From the NCBI GenBank assembly GCA_964500005.1, contig CAZCMP010000002.1, forward strand, positions 64,934 to 128,933: 64,000 nt of DNA. The letters run 5' to 3'. The notes under the pieces were generated by a model, which saw only the letters and a list, made by a program, of their open reading frames with translations, had not been told where the DNA came from and did no database searches. Numbering within the stretch: the first letter of the stretch is position 1; the number at the start of each line of letters is the position of its first letter. Source of the stretch: an uncultured Thermococci archaeon. Lineage in GTDB: Archaea > Methanobacteriota_B > Thermococci > Methanofastidiosales > Methanofastidiosaceae. Shown one piece after another: positions 51,831 to 62,066 of the stretch. Made by a program: the position numbers and the translations under genes.

Positions 51831-52007
51831 CTAATCCCTTACAACAGTTATTGGAATTACTCCCTTCTTCATTTCTTCTTGTGCAATTCTAATAGGGTCA
51901 AGGGTAGAAGTTTTAATTAATATAGGTGCACCTAAGGATATCTGAAGGGCTCTAGCCCCAATAATTCTAACTTTTTCATATTTTGTGTGATTCAACGACT
52001 CCACCAT
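51831..52007 (-). CDS. rpoK: RNA polymerase subunit K (Rpo6), absent from the ORF track
   Basis: Manual translation (MVES)LNHTKYEKVRIIGARALQISLGAPILIKTSTLDPIRIAQEEMKKGVIPITVVRD*; start ATG 52007 or TTG 51995. Confidence 0.93.
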   Translation of the reverse strand: MVESLNHTKYEKVRIIGARALQISLGAPILIKTSTLDPIRIAQEEMKKGVIPITVVRD

Positions 52008-52082
52008 TGATGAATGAATGTAAAGGGATTATAAATTTTATTGTTATAAATAAAATTGGAGCATTTTTCTCAAAAGAAAAGA

Positions 52083-52493
52083 TTATTTACCTACCGTATT
52101 CTCCCCTTTTTTTATCTTATCTATGGTATCGTTAAATAGTTTAATGAACTTTTCTCTATCCTCGGCATTATAGGTTTGCATTATACTAATATGTATGGTA
52201 AGAATTTTTTCTAACACTTTAATATGTTCGTCGGCAGTTTTTATTGATTCGATTAAGTCTCTTGTTTTTCTAAGAAGAACATGCTGTGCGTATGAGAGCT
52301 TTGTTGCGACAAAGTATACCTTTGCCATACCTATCCTTCTATAATCAACTAATCCTATTGCCCTCATTATCTCAAGATATTTTACAGCGGTGGCTCTAGA
52401 CATGTTAAGATTATCGGCAATCTCTGAAGGAGTAGCGCCTATTTTTACACCTTTAAGATATTCTATAATGGCCTCTTCGGCATTTTCTTCCAT
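52083..52493 (-). CDS. Winged-HTH transcriptional regulator
   Basis: PSEIADNLNMSRATAVKYLEIM...GLV. Confidence 0.8.
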   Translation of the reverse strand: MEENAEEAIIEYLKGVKIGATPSEIADNLNMSRATAVKYLEIMRAIGLVDYRRIGMAKVYFVATKLSYAQHVLLRKTRDLIESIKTADEHIKVLEKILTIHISIMQTYNAEDREKFIKLFNDTIDKIKKGENTVGK

Positions 52494-52965
52494 TGATGCT
52501 CACCACCAATATCTCTAACGTTAATATATATAAATGTTACTACTATCAGTATCCAAAAAAACTTATTTATTTTAAAGCAATAATCAAATTATTCCTGTTC
52601 ATTGAGTTTTAATTATTATAATAATGATAAATATAAATTAAATTTGAGATTGATTAATTATAAACTATCATTAATTATTTTATTTAATAACTACGTATTA
52701 AATAATAGTTGGTTTACTATTAACTTGATTTAAAGTTAAACCATATTGGTTATGGATATTAATATTCATGATTAAAATAATATTTCAAAATATTATTACT
52801 CGATGAGTAGAAACATTTATATACTATTGAATTACAATAATAATAAACAGTGATAAGAATGGAAAAAAAAATCAAATCTATTATTTCAATTATTATAATG
52901 ATTCCAATAATAATCTTAGACATCTTAATTAGGGGCGAAAAATCTAATTCATCTAAACTATTACA

Positions 52966-53394
52966 CTAATCCTTTATTTTCAAGGTTACTCTTTGAATAC
53001 TATTGCCTAAAGGACATTCGATTTTTTCTTTAATTGCAATGATGTGAAATTTATCACCAATTTTTATCCCGTCAGGAATACAAAAATCTTTGTATTGGCA
53101 TTTTTCACTACAAGAAAATGAGAATATTCCAGTTGCTCCTTCAATTGCAAACTTTTTAGGGATGGCGGCTTCAATTTGAGATTCTTTTACTTCGACTATT
53201 TTAACTCCTGAATCATGGATTTTACATGGATGCTCAATATTCCGTACAGAACATACAGTGTATATCCTTCCAGGCTTCAAGTTTTGAACGCATGTTTTAA
53301 AGAATCTACATTCCTTACATTCATTATCCCCCTTCCCTGCCACAAAAGAAAATCCAGGTTTTGCAAGATTTTTTGGAAGGAGGGTAAGTATCAA
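52966..53394 (-). CDS. UPF0179 family Cys-rich protein
   Basis: LTLL...LAKPG..F, CKEC..C, HPCKIH, CPLG; usual neighbour of egsA. Confidence 0.8.
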   Translation of the reverse strand: MILTLLPKNLAKPGFSFVAGKGDNECKECRFFKTCVQNLKPGRIYTVCSVRNIEHPCKIHDSGVKIVEVKESQIEAAIPKKFAIEGATGIFSFSCSEKCQYKDFCIPDGIKIGDKFHIIAIKEKIECPLGNSIQRVTLKIKD

Positions 53395-54431
53395 TCTATT
53401 ACCCCCGTAACTTTCGCAAGTTTAGTGGCCGCCCGTTCTGTAAGCCCACTCTCCCCAAGTATGGTGTACCTATCTCTAATCTTATGCGCCATTGTTAATG
53501 CTTTTATGATCTCTTTATCGGTGACGCCAAGCTCTTCAGCAGTTGTAGGAGCTTTTAGCTTTTCAAGGGCTTCCTTTATTGTTTTGTATTTGTCTTCTCT
53601 GTGAAGGTACATAGTCATTATAGATCCAATACCACACTGCTCACCGTGCATTGCAGGTTTTTCTGCAATCATGTCAAGTGCATGTGCAAATGCATGTTCT
53701 GCTCCTGAAGCAGGCCTAGAAGATCCTGCAATGCTCATAGCAACTCCTGAGGATATAAGTCCTTTCAAAACTTTTCTTGCAGATTCTTCTAATCCCTCTT
53801 TTATAACATCAGCATTATCAATAGTTACCTTTGCACTCATAGAAGACAAAGATGCTGCATGCTCACTATAATATTCCCCTTTCAATTTATGAGCTAGTTG
53901 CCAATCTAAAACAGCCGTGTAATTGGATATTAAATCAGCACATCCTGAAGCTATGAATCTATAGGGGGCCTGAGAAACTATCTTAGTGTCCGCTATTATG
54001 CCTATGGGTGGCTGCGCTTCAATTGACAGTTTTTTTTCACCGTCTCGAATTGATGCCCTAGAAGAAGCTATTCCATCGTGAGATGCAACTGTAGGATAGC
54101 TGATAAATGGAATAGAAATATTGAATGATGCTAGTTTTCCGACATCTATGACAGAACCTCCTCCAATTGAGATGAGTATGTCATATTTTCCTTTTTTCAA
54201 AAAATCTGAAACTGAATTTACTTCAGCCATTGATGCAATTTTTACTTCATGGTGCTCACAGTTTAAATCGTCAGATACCTTTTTACCTACAATCCCTCTT
54301 GTGACTGGATCGTCAAGAACAACAGGATTTTTGTATCCTAACTTCTCAACAGTTGTTTTAACTGAAGCCCACAGATCTGAGCCCATTACAACTATTCTTG
54401 AAAGATTGATAATATGGACAGGATTTTCCAT
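53391..54431 (-). CDS. egsA: sn-glycerol-1-phosphate dehydrogenase
   Basis: GGGSVIDVGK, PTVASHDGIAS, SSRPASGAEH, HGEQC, RYTILG. Confidence 0.96.
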   Translation of the reverse strand: MENPVHIINLSRIVVMGSDLWASVKTTVEKLGYKNPVVLDDPVTRGIVGKKVSDDLNCEHHEVKIASMAEVNSVSDFLKKGKYDILISIGGGSVIDVGKLASFNISIPFISYPTVASHDGIASSRASIRDGEKKLSIEAQPPIGIIADTKIVSQAPYRFIASGCADLISNYTAVLDWQLAHKLKGEYYSEHAASLSSMSAKVTIDNADVIKEGLEESARKVLKGLISSGVAMSIAGSSRPASGAEHAFAHALDMIAEKPAMHGEQCGIGSIMTMYLHREDKYKTIKEALEKLKAPTTAEELGVTDKEIIKALTMAHKIRDRYTILGESGLTERAATKLAKVTGVID

Positions 54432-54470
54432 AAGAATAACTATTTAATACTATTAATAAATCTTTTGAAT

Positions 54471-55295
54471 CTAAAAAAGAGAGGGTAACAAAGTATTTCT
54501 AAAGCCTGGTCCAAAGCCTAGTATAAAGATCAATACTTTTATAGATAAATAAAAGTTGTTCATCATAGATTCTGTAATCTTAAATTTATATTTAAAAAAT
54601 CTGAGTTCCTTTTCCTTAAAGTTTTCTTTTTCTTCCTTATATAAGGTATCAAGTAAATATATTACAATAAGTATCAATATTAATTTTAAAGGTATCATAA
54701 TTAAAGCAGTTCCCGTAAGATTTATCAAAAAAAGGGGCAATAAGTGTTCTTCGCCAAAGCCATAATAATCAATAGCAATAAAAGTTGCACATCCATCAAG
54801 CAAATGCCCAAATAAGATAGAGATGTTCTCAAATTGCTTTAAGGGTTTGTAAAATAAAGGAGATAAGAAATAAACTGCCAAAGTTATCCCAAGAGCCATA
54901 GAAATAGGAACTATGGCCCTCAAAGGATGATTGAAAAAAGGAATTAACTTAATTAAAAAATAAATCATTCCAATAAATCCAACTGCAAAAGTAAGTTTCC
55001 AATATGACAAAATATTCTTGTTTTCAAGTTGGAATCCAATTAATATCGAAATGAATGCAAGAACAAATGTAATTACATATACGCCAGGCGTAATATTCCA
55101 AAGTTTTGACCTTTCATAAAAACCAACATCAGCCAATACTCTTATTGCTATGGCCATTATCATATAGGGAGAGATTGCAATTATAAAGTTCTTATCTATT
55201 TTTATTTTATTGAAAAGAAATTTCAATGCAAGGGCCAATAAAACTAAAAGAATTCCGATATAGATGACATAGTCTTGAGGCTGGTATACTCCCAT
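54471..55295 (-). CDS. DUF63 family membrane protein
   Basis: RVLAD, ITPGVY, GHLLDGCAT, EEH, LGFGPGFRN. Confidence 0.8.
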   Translation of the reverse strand: MGVYQPQDYVIYIGILLVLLALALKFLFNKIKIDKNFIIAISPYMIMAIAIRVLADVGFYERSKLWNITPGVYVITFVLAFISILIGFQLENKNILSYWKLTFAVGFIGMIYFLIKLIPFFNHPLRAIVPISMALGITLAVYFLSPLFYKPLKQFENISILFGHLLDGCATFIAIDYYGFGEEHLLPLFLINLTGTALIMIPLKLILILIVIYLLDTLYKEEKENFKEKELRFFKYKFKITESMMNNFYLSIKVLIFILGFGPGFRNTLLPSLF

Positions 55296-55326
55296 AAAAC
55301 GACACTAAGTAACTAATTAAAAAGCT

Positions 55327-57417
55327 TTATGGTTTTTGCCTTAGTACGTCAACCATCTTCTGATATATTTCTTTTTCTTTGCCTTCAGTTGTTTTTGAAA
55401 GTCTTTCAACAATTAATTCAGGAGTGCTTTTTCCAGCTCTGTAGAAGATAGGTTGTCTATCAACAATCAATTCTAATGATTCGTCCAATCCTTTTGCCTC
55501 TATACCATCCACTCTCATGTCTTCTGGTAACTTGCCTTCTATTGATTTAATGGATGAAAGAATATCTTCGCCAAGATGCGTAACTATTACACACAAAGTA
55601 TTTGAACTTCTCAAAAAATTCAAGAACGTTCCAATTATTCTTGCAGCTGAGCCAGGTTCAGTAATGGCTTCTAATTCATCGATTAATAGTAATCTCTTTT
55701 TTTCTTGGATTGCAAGTGGTACAAGTCGTTTTAGGCTAGTTTCAAATGCCCCTCTTGACTCCCCCCTATGTTTTGATAAGAATCCTATCTCTTCAAAAAT
55801 AGAAGTATGGGCATCTTCAGCTGGGACTAAGAATCCCATTTGAAAAAGAATTTGGAATGTAAGTACCATTTTCAATAGAGTGGTTTTACCTCCTGAGTTG
55901 GCACCTGTTAGCACAATAACATTTTCATTTCCTGAGATGCTATCCCCGGTACTACCGATTTTATAATCAATAGGAATTGGATTTTGGATTAACACGTTTT
56001 TACCTTTTCTAAAGCTTAATCCTTTATCCGATATATTTGGCATTGAGAGATTTTTTTCAACGGCGAATCTCCCCATTGCAACAAAAAAATCAATATCATA
56101 GCATTCTTCTACCCTCTGATTTAAAAAATCCCAGAGTTCTGCTATATCCATCATCTCTTTTTTAATTTCAAATTCTCGCTTAGATATTTCTTTCCTAATA
56201 TTATCTTTAATTTCAAATAACTCATTTCTATTTGCTTCTATTGGGAAAGAAACTTCTTCAGAAAATAGCTCTGAAAAATCTACTCCAATTTTTTGATTCA
56301 GCCCATCTACTGATTCTTTCAGTATACTTTTATACGCTTCTTGAAGTTGTTTGGGTATATAACTCTGAAAAGCTTTCAAGGGATCAGAATTTTTTATGTC
56401 TGAAAGCATCGATAATATATCCTTACCCGCTATACCCACATCCTGAGTTTCAATAATCTTAGAAAATCTTTCATTGATATCTTTCTCTATTATTTTTACC
56501 ATTTCGTCAAGGTTTAATCCTTGTTGTAGCTTGTTAAGTCTTTCATCTGGAAAATTTCCTTTAGAAAAGGAGTCAACTCTATCAAAGATTTTTTCAAGTT
56601 TTTGAACATAATCAAATAATTTAGCACCATCATCTTTGGCAATCCCTCTACTATTTTTGATATCGAAAAGGACTTTGTAGATGCCAAGTATTAGTTTTAT
56701 TTTTTTAGCATTTTCAATAAAACCCTCAATATAGAGCTCAGGGACAATGTTTCTAATTGAAAAATCATTTATATTAATTGAAAAGTCAGATATTTCAGAA
56801 AGAGTATCGTAGAGTGCTGAATCTTTACCAAACAAATAGAATATTAAAGGGTAGTCCTCTCTAATCCCTCTTGTCTCATGAGGGGAAGAAATATATATTG
56901 AATCATAATATTCTGATTTTATTTTAGTTAAAACTTCCTCGTCATCAGTTACTACTACCCTATCCCTAAATTTTTTGAGGTGAGGTATCTTCAAATCAGA
57001 TATGCCCTCTAAATAACCTAAGAGAGTACTAATTTCCTCTTGGGTTAATTCTTCTACAAACATTTTTGCTTTGTAACAATAGTTTAATCTCTTTAAAATT
57101 AAATCCTTATCCTTCAAAGGCATGTAAAGATTAAACCTATTCCTTGATCTCTCAGTTTTAGGATAATTTATAAGGATAGAAATTATTTCTTCATAAATTT
57201 CCCAAGCGTCGCCGAAAAGTATATCCTCATATTTCTTACCAGTTAATTTTTCAAATGTTTCTTTTTGAATTTGCAATATCTTTTTTTTACCAAATCCCGG
57301 GATCTTTAACAATTTTTCAAGTTCTAGCTTTTCTATTATGTTTTTTAATTCACCTTCGCTATAATATTCCAATGCCTTTTCAAAACCTTTTTCTCCGAGG
57401 ATTTGGCCAATATCCAT
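55327..57417 (-). CDS. Archaeal MutS-family ATPase (MutS2/MutS5-like, N-terminal HhH, no Smr domain)
   Basis: IPGFGKK HhH; TGANSGGKT; GAFE; LIDELEAITEPG; IVTH. Confidence 0.85.
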   Translation of the reverse strand: MDIGQILGEKGFEKALEYYSEGELKNIIEKLELEKLLKIPGFGKKKILQIQKETFEKLTGKKYEDILFGDAWEIYEEIISILINYPKTERSRNRFNLYMPLKDKDLILKRLNYCYKAKMFVEELTQEEISTLLGYLEGISDLKIPHLKKFRDRVVVTDDEEVLTKIKSEYYDSIYISSPHETRGIREDYPLIFYLFGKDSALYDTLSEISDFSININDFSIRNIVPELYIEGFIENAKKIKLILGIYKVLFDIKNSRGIAKDDGAKLFDYVQKLEKIFDRVDSFSKGNFPDERLNKLQQGLNLDEMVKIIEKDINERFSKIIETQDVGIAGKDILSMLSDIKNSDPLKAFQSYIPKQLQEAYKSILKESVDGLNQKIGVDFSELFSEEVSFPIEANRNELFEIKDNIRKEISKREFEIKKEMMDIAELWDFLNQRVEECYDIDFFVAMGRFAVEKNLSMPNISDKGLSFRKGKNVLIQNPIPIDYKIGSTGDSISGNENVIVLTGANSGGKTTLLKMVLTFQILFQMGFLVPAEDAHTSIFEEIGFLSKHRGESRGAFETSLKRLVPLAIQEKKRLLLIDELEAITEPGSAARIIGTFLNFLRSSNTLCVIVTHLGEDILSSIKSIEGKLPEDMRVDGIEAKGLDESLELIVDRQPIFYRAGKSTPELIVERLSKTTEGKEKEIYQKMVDVLRQKP

Positions 57418-57965
57418 TAACGTCTGTACCCCCTTGCAAATTCGCCGTTAACTCCTAGGACTCCCTCATTAAACTTGAATAAGTCGCTAGTTGAATTTGG
57501 TAGATTGTCTGCTTTTTCTTGATCAGTTATTATTGCTCCGTGTGAAACTAATTTTTTATCGCCGATTTTTACACCTACAACTATTGCACCGTGACCTATA
57601 AAGCATTCCTTTCCTATCTCTGAGCCGTGAATTACGGCTCTAAATCCCACAAATGAGTTGTCTCCAATTTTAGTGGGTCCGTGAATAACTGCACCGTGTG
57701 CTATTGAAGTTTTTTTACCGATTTCAACTGAGGTGTGTTCTAAAGCGTGAACAATCACTCCGTCCTGTAAATTGCTCTCGTCTCCAATGATTAATGGGGT
57801 ACCTTCATCTGCCCTCAAAGATACAAAAGGTGCTACATAAACCCCTTTTCCTATTCTAACATCCCCAATTACTGAAGACATTTCATCACAAAAACTTTCT
57901 TTATCGATATTTGGATATCTACACTCCTTATTAAAGGAACAAGATGGATTTTCTTTTATTGGCAT
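57417..57965 (-). CDS. Gamma-class carbonic anhydrase (Cam-like)
   Basis: Hexapeptide repeats; RADEG, NLQDG, HALE, AHGAVIHGP (three Zn/Fe-ligand His). Confidence 0.88.
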   Translation of the reverse strand: MPIKENPSCSFNKECRYPNIDKESFCDEMSSVIGDVRIGKGVYVAPFVSLRADEGTPLIIGDESNLQDGVIVHALEHTSVEIGKKTSIAHGAVIHGPTKIGDNSFVGFRAVIHGSEIGKECFIGHGAIVVGVKIGDKKLVSHGAIITDQEKADNLPNSTSDLFKFNEGVLGVNGEFARGYRR

Positions 57966-57969
57966 AGTC

Positions 57970-59040
57970 TCACCTTAAAGATTTTTCATATTTAAATGAT
58001 ATATAACATGCTCCTTCTCTGGAAACCATACACGGACCTTTTGGAGTTCTAGGCGTACATATATTTCCAAATAATGGGCATTCACTAGGAATTTTTTCTG
58101 CTCTTAAAACTTCTGGGCAACTACAACCTTTTTCTTCAGGGATGTCTTCTATCCCTATATTAAATTCTTTATAAGCATCCTTGTCGGAAAACTCCTTTCT
58201 TAACGAGAGCCCTGAACCAGGAATAATAGGAAATCCTCTCCATTTAATATCACAAGGCTCAAATACCTTTTTCATGAATTCTTTCGCTTTAGTATTGCCT
58301 TCTGCCCTTACACCTCGGATGTATTCATTTTCAACTTCTGCTCTTTTCTCTTTAATCTGTTTCAATAAAAGGTAAATCCCCATAAGAATATCATTAGGCT
58401 CAAATCCACATATAACTTGTGGAACTTTAAATTTTTTAGAGATAGACTCATACGGTTTTGTTCCAATTATTGTGGATACATGCCCCGGATCTATAAATCC
58501 CGAGATGTTTACTTTTCCGCTACTAAGCAATAAATCCATAGCGGGGGGGATAACTCTATGCGCAGATAAAACGTAAAAATTATCTGGAGAATTAAGAACA
58601 GAAACTGCAGTTGTCGGGCATGTTGTTTCAAATCCAATTGCAAAATGGACTATTTTTTTATAGGGATTTGATAGAGCAAGATTAATTGAATCGTTAATAC
58701 TGTATACCAATCTAACATCAAGCCCCGAAGCTTTTGCATCTGACAGTGAATGCTTTGAAGGAACTCTTATCATATCCCCATAAGTAGTTAATATCGCACC
58801 CTTTTCGGCTATTTTGACGGCGGCCTCTATCTCGCCTTGTGTAGTGACACAAACAGGGCATCCTGGCCCAGAAATAACTTGAACGTTTTTCGGTAATAAT
58901 GCTCGAATGCCATAATGAGTAATCACATGCTCATGAGTTCCGCATACATGGCATAACTTTACTTCGCCTAAATTTTTCGAAGTTTCAGATATTTTTTTTA
59001 TTATTACATCTGAAGCGCTTCTATCTTTATATAAATCCAC
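57970..59040 (-). CDS. hypD: Hydrogenase maturation protein HypD
   Basis: VCGTH, GPGCPVC, GFETT, PGHVS, GPCMVSREGAC; GTG start overlaps hypC stop. Confidence 0.97.
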   Translation of the reverse strand: MDLYKDRSASDVIIKKISETSKNLGEVKLCHVCGTHEHVITHYGIRALLPKNVQVISGPGCPVCVTTQGEIEAAVKIAEKGAILTTYGDMIRVPSKHSLSDAKASGLDVRLVYSINDSINLALSNPYKKIVHFAIGFETTCPTTAVSVLNSPDNFYVLSAHRVIPPAMDLLLSSGKVNISGFIDPGHVSTIIGTKPYESISKKFKVPQVICGFEPNDILMGIYLLLKQIKEKRAEVENEYIRGVRAEGNTKAKEFMKKVFEPCDIKWRGFPIIPGSGLSLRKEFSDKDAYKEFNIGIEDIPEEKGCSCPEVLRAEKIPSECPLFGNICTPRTPKGPCMVSREGACYISFKYEKSLR

Positions 59041-59264
59041 TAATAATCCTCCTCAGATTTAAGGAGTTCTTTCCAGATGTCCAATGATTCTAAAGCATCC
59101 TTTTCGTCCATTTTCTCAATGGCAAAACCAGTGTGTACAATGACATAATCGCCAATTTTGACATCTACAAGATCCAATCTTACCTCTCTTTTAACACCAT
59201 TGAAATCTACGATGCCAATAGTATTGTTTATTTCTATCACTTTACCGGGAACTGCAAGGCACAT
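59040..59264 (-). CDS. hypC: Hydrogenase maturation chaperone HypC
   Basis: MCLAVPG...GDYVIVHTGFAI. Confidence 0.97.
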   Translation of the reverse strand: MCLAVPGKVIEINNTIGIVDFNGVKREVRLDLVDVKIGDYVIVHTGFAIEKMDEKDALESLDIWKELLKSEEDY

Positions 59265-59540
59265 AATTAATACCTAATTATATTGGTTAAAAAGTCTTTC
59301 TTTAGTATGAATTAAGTTTATTTATTATTGTCTTAAAATACATTATAAAGATTCTAATATTGATTTACTATTCTAAAAAATTTATATTAACAAATCTTTA
59401 TTTAATATTAATTATTATATAAAAACTAATATTCTTTAAACTATTTTAGCATATGATTATATTTCAAAACGTATAAAGTTATATATATTCATTATCTAAT
59501 AACTATAGCAACATACAAAAATGTTGAGTTGGTGAAATAT

Positions 59541-60221
59541 ATGGAAGAAGGTAAAGAACAAATTATTATGCCTTTGATAGGAGACGACGCTCCTAGATTT
59601 AAGGCAAAGACAACTATGGGGGAGATAAACTTCCCAGAAGATTATAAGGATAAGTGGGTAATATTATTCAGCCATCCTGCAGATTTTACACCAGTATGTA
59701 CAACTGAATTTATGACATTTGCGTCGATGCAAAATGATTTCAAAAAATTAAATTGTGAGTTAATAGGATTATCTATAGACAGTATTTATGCTCACATAGC
59801 TTGGTTAAGAACAATCAAAGAAAAAATTGAATACAAAGGCATGAAAAATATAGAGGTAACTTTTCCCGTTATAGAAGATTTACGTATGGATGTTGCTAAA
59901 AAATTTGGAATGGTCCAGCCTAATGCATCTACCACACAAGCGGTAAGGGCAGTATTCATAATGGATCCCAAAGCAAAAATTAGGGCAATTCTTTACTACC
60001 CTTTATCAAATGGAAGAAATATGGATGAAATCAAAAGATTACTTACTGCAATGCAAAAATCTGACAAAGAACAAATTGCTACTCCGGCCAATTGGCAACC
60101 TGGAGACGACGTTATAATTCCACCACCAGGATCATGCGGAACTGCAAAAGAAAGAGTAGAGAAAAAGGAAGAAGGCAAATATTGTCTTGACTGGTTTATG
60201 TGCTTTAGAAAGGCAAAATAA
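59541..60221 (+). CDS. Peroxiredoxin (Prx6/archaeal type)
   Basis: FSHPADFTPVCTTE, GRNMDEI, TPANW, CLDWFMC. Confidence 0.94.
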   Translation: MEEGKEQIIMPLIGDDAPRFKAKTTMGEINFPEDYKDKWVILFSHPADFTPVCTTEFMTFASMQNDFKKLNCELIGLSIDSIYAHIAWLRTIKEKIEYKGMKNIEVTFPVIEDLRMDVAKKFGMVQPNASTTQAVRAVFIMDPKAKIRAILYYPLSNGRNMDEIKRLLTAMQKSDKEQIATPANWQPGDDVIIPPPGSCGTAKERVEKKEEGKYCLDWFMCFRKAK

Positions 60222-60488
60222 ACTAGACAAAATAATTTATTTTTTTTATTATTTTGAATAAAGCTATATTATACATAAGCAAAAGCAATTACATAGTTAT
60301 GCCCATAATACTCAGAACATTTTGTGTATAAGATTGTCAATTTGTAATTCTTATTATCCCATTTTTATAAGGATTTTGGATAAGGCAGATATTAATTTTT
60401 TTATTTGTAATGATTAATAATACTAATTTATTATTCATCTTTTTTTAATTGACAATAATATTATAAATGTGGGAATGAAAAACTAACT

Positions 60489-61241
60489 ATGGCAAAATGG
60501 TACGAAGAATTATTTGATAATTATTCAAAGACATATGAAAATGAGGTATTTACTAAAGGTACAATAGGTGAAATTGATTTCATTGAAAAGGAAATTAATT
60601 ACAACAAATCAATCAAGATCTTGGATATTGGATGTGGTACAGGGAGACATTCAATTGAACTTGCAAAAAGAGGATATGATATAACTGGAATTGATTTGTC
60701 TGAATGCATGTTAGAAATGGCAATGAAAAAAGCTAAGGAAGCCAATTTCAAAGTTAAATTTATTAAAGCAGATGCAAGAAAATTAAAATTTAAAAAAGAG
60801 TTTGATCTTGCACTTATAATCTGTGAAGGTGGGTTTGCATTGATGGAAACAGATGAAATGAACTTTATGATTCTTAAAAGTGCTAGAAAATCTCTAAAAG
60901 AAGGTGGAAAATTAATACTCACTACATTAAATGGACTTTTTCCATTATTCCATTCAGTTAAAGATTTTATTAACTCTAACTCTACTAAGGATATAAGTCA
61001 CGAAAACACTTTTGATTTAATGACTTTTAGAGATAAATCTACACTCGAGGTTAACGATGACGATGGCAATACTAAAAAAATCAAATGTGATGAAAGATAT
61101 TATGTTCCTTCGGAGATAACATGGTTATTAAAATCTCTAGGATTTGTAAAAGTGGATATATATGGTTGTAAATTAGGCGCATTTAGTAGAAATGACAAAT
61201 TAACAACTGAGGATTATGAAATGTTAGTAATCGCAGAATAA
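60489..61241 (+). CDS. Class I SAM-dependent methyltransferase
   Basis: ILDIGCGTGRH, GIDLS, ADAR. Confidence 0.9.
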   Translation: MAKWYEELFDNYSKTYENEVFTKGTIGEIDFIEKEINYNKSIKILDIGCGTGRHSIELAKRGYDITGIDLSECMLEMAMKKAKEANFKVKFIKADARKLKFKKEFDLALIICEGGFALMETDEMNFMILKSARKSLKEGGKLILTTLNGLFPLFHSVKDFINSNSTKDISHENTFDLMTFRDKSTLEVNDDDGNTKKIKCDERYYVPSEITWLLKSLGFVKVDIYGCKLGAFSRNDKLTTEDYEMLVIAE

Positions 61242-61387
61242 TATATACAAATAAATATTAGATAAATTTAAAAATAGGTTAATTAAATCTTTTATGGGGG
61301 AAGGTATTATTTCAGCCATATCGCCAGTATGCTTTTTATTACCTTCTCCTTCAAAATCTTTAAATAGAAATTATTACTTTTTCTTTT

Positions 61388-62032
61388 ATGAATATTTGCG
61401 TTATAACAGATATACACGGAAAAAAAAGTTCTTTAAAGAAATTATTTGATTCTGTTGCTATCAAAGAATTTGATCTCTTACTTTGTTGTGGCGACATTAC
61501 TTCTTTTGGAGGAAAAAACGAAGCAAAAGAATTATTAGAAATAATACCAAAAATACCATTCTATACTGTTTTTGGAAACTGTGATAAAGATGAGGTAAAA
61601 GACTATATATCTTCAGAAGGCATTTCACTTCATGAAAACGAATTTAAAATAGGGGAGTATTCAATAGGTGGATTTGGGGGCTCAAACAAATCTCCTTTTG
61701 ACACTCCTTCCGAGTATGAAGAATCTGAAATAATGGCTGGCCTCTCTAAACTTTCTTATCTAAACATGATTCTTGTAACCCATGTCCCCCCTTATGGAAC
61801 TAAATTGGATAAAATTGGAGATAATAAATTCATAGGAAGCACATCAGTTAGGGCAATTATCGAGAAAATGCAGCCTTTAGTTGCCATTTCTGGACATGTT
61901 CATGAATCTAGAGCAATTGATATGATAGGTAAAACTAGTTTATTAAATCCTGGTCCATTGAAAGATGGTTATTATGGCGTAATAGAAATAAAGAAAAATG
62001 AAGTTAAAGTCAAATTAAAGCAAATATATTGA
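61388..62032 (+). CDS. Calcineurin-like metallophosphoesterase
   Basis: DIHG, GD, GNCD, THVPP, GHVHE, NPG. Confidence 0.9.
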   Translation: MNICVITDIHGKKSSLKKLFDSVAIKEFDLLLCCGDITSFGGKNEAKELLEIIPKIPFYTVFGNCDKDEVKDYISSEGISLHENEFKIGEYSIGGFGGSNKSPFDTPSEYEESEIMAGLSKLSYLNMILVTHVPPYGTKLDKIGDNKFIGSTSVRAIIEKMQPLVAISGHVHESRAIDMIGKTSLLNPGPLKDGYYGVIEIKKNEVKVKLKQIY

Positions 62033-62066
62033 ATATATTTAAATATAGATAAAATAAATTAATTGC

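Noticed and set aside
52500..52860. AT-rich tract as a possible replication origin (also 19150-19360, 30490-30650, 59270-59520)
   Set aside because: No ORB-like repeats with G-strings and no cdc6/orc1 gene adjacent.
60260..60400. Stop-interrupted minus-strand frame (LPYPKSL*KWDNKNYKLTILYTKCSEYYGHNYVIAFAYV)
   Set aside because: It could be a gene remnant, but I cannot assign a family; BLASTx would be needed.
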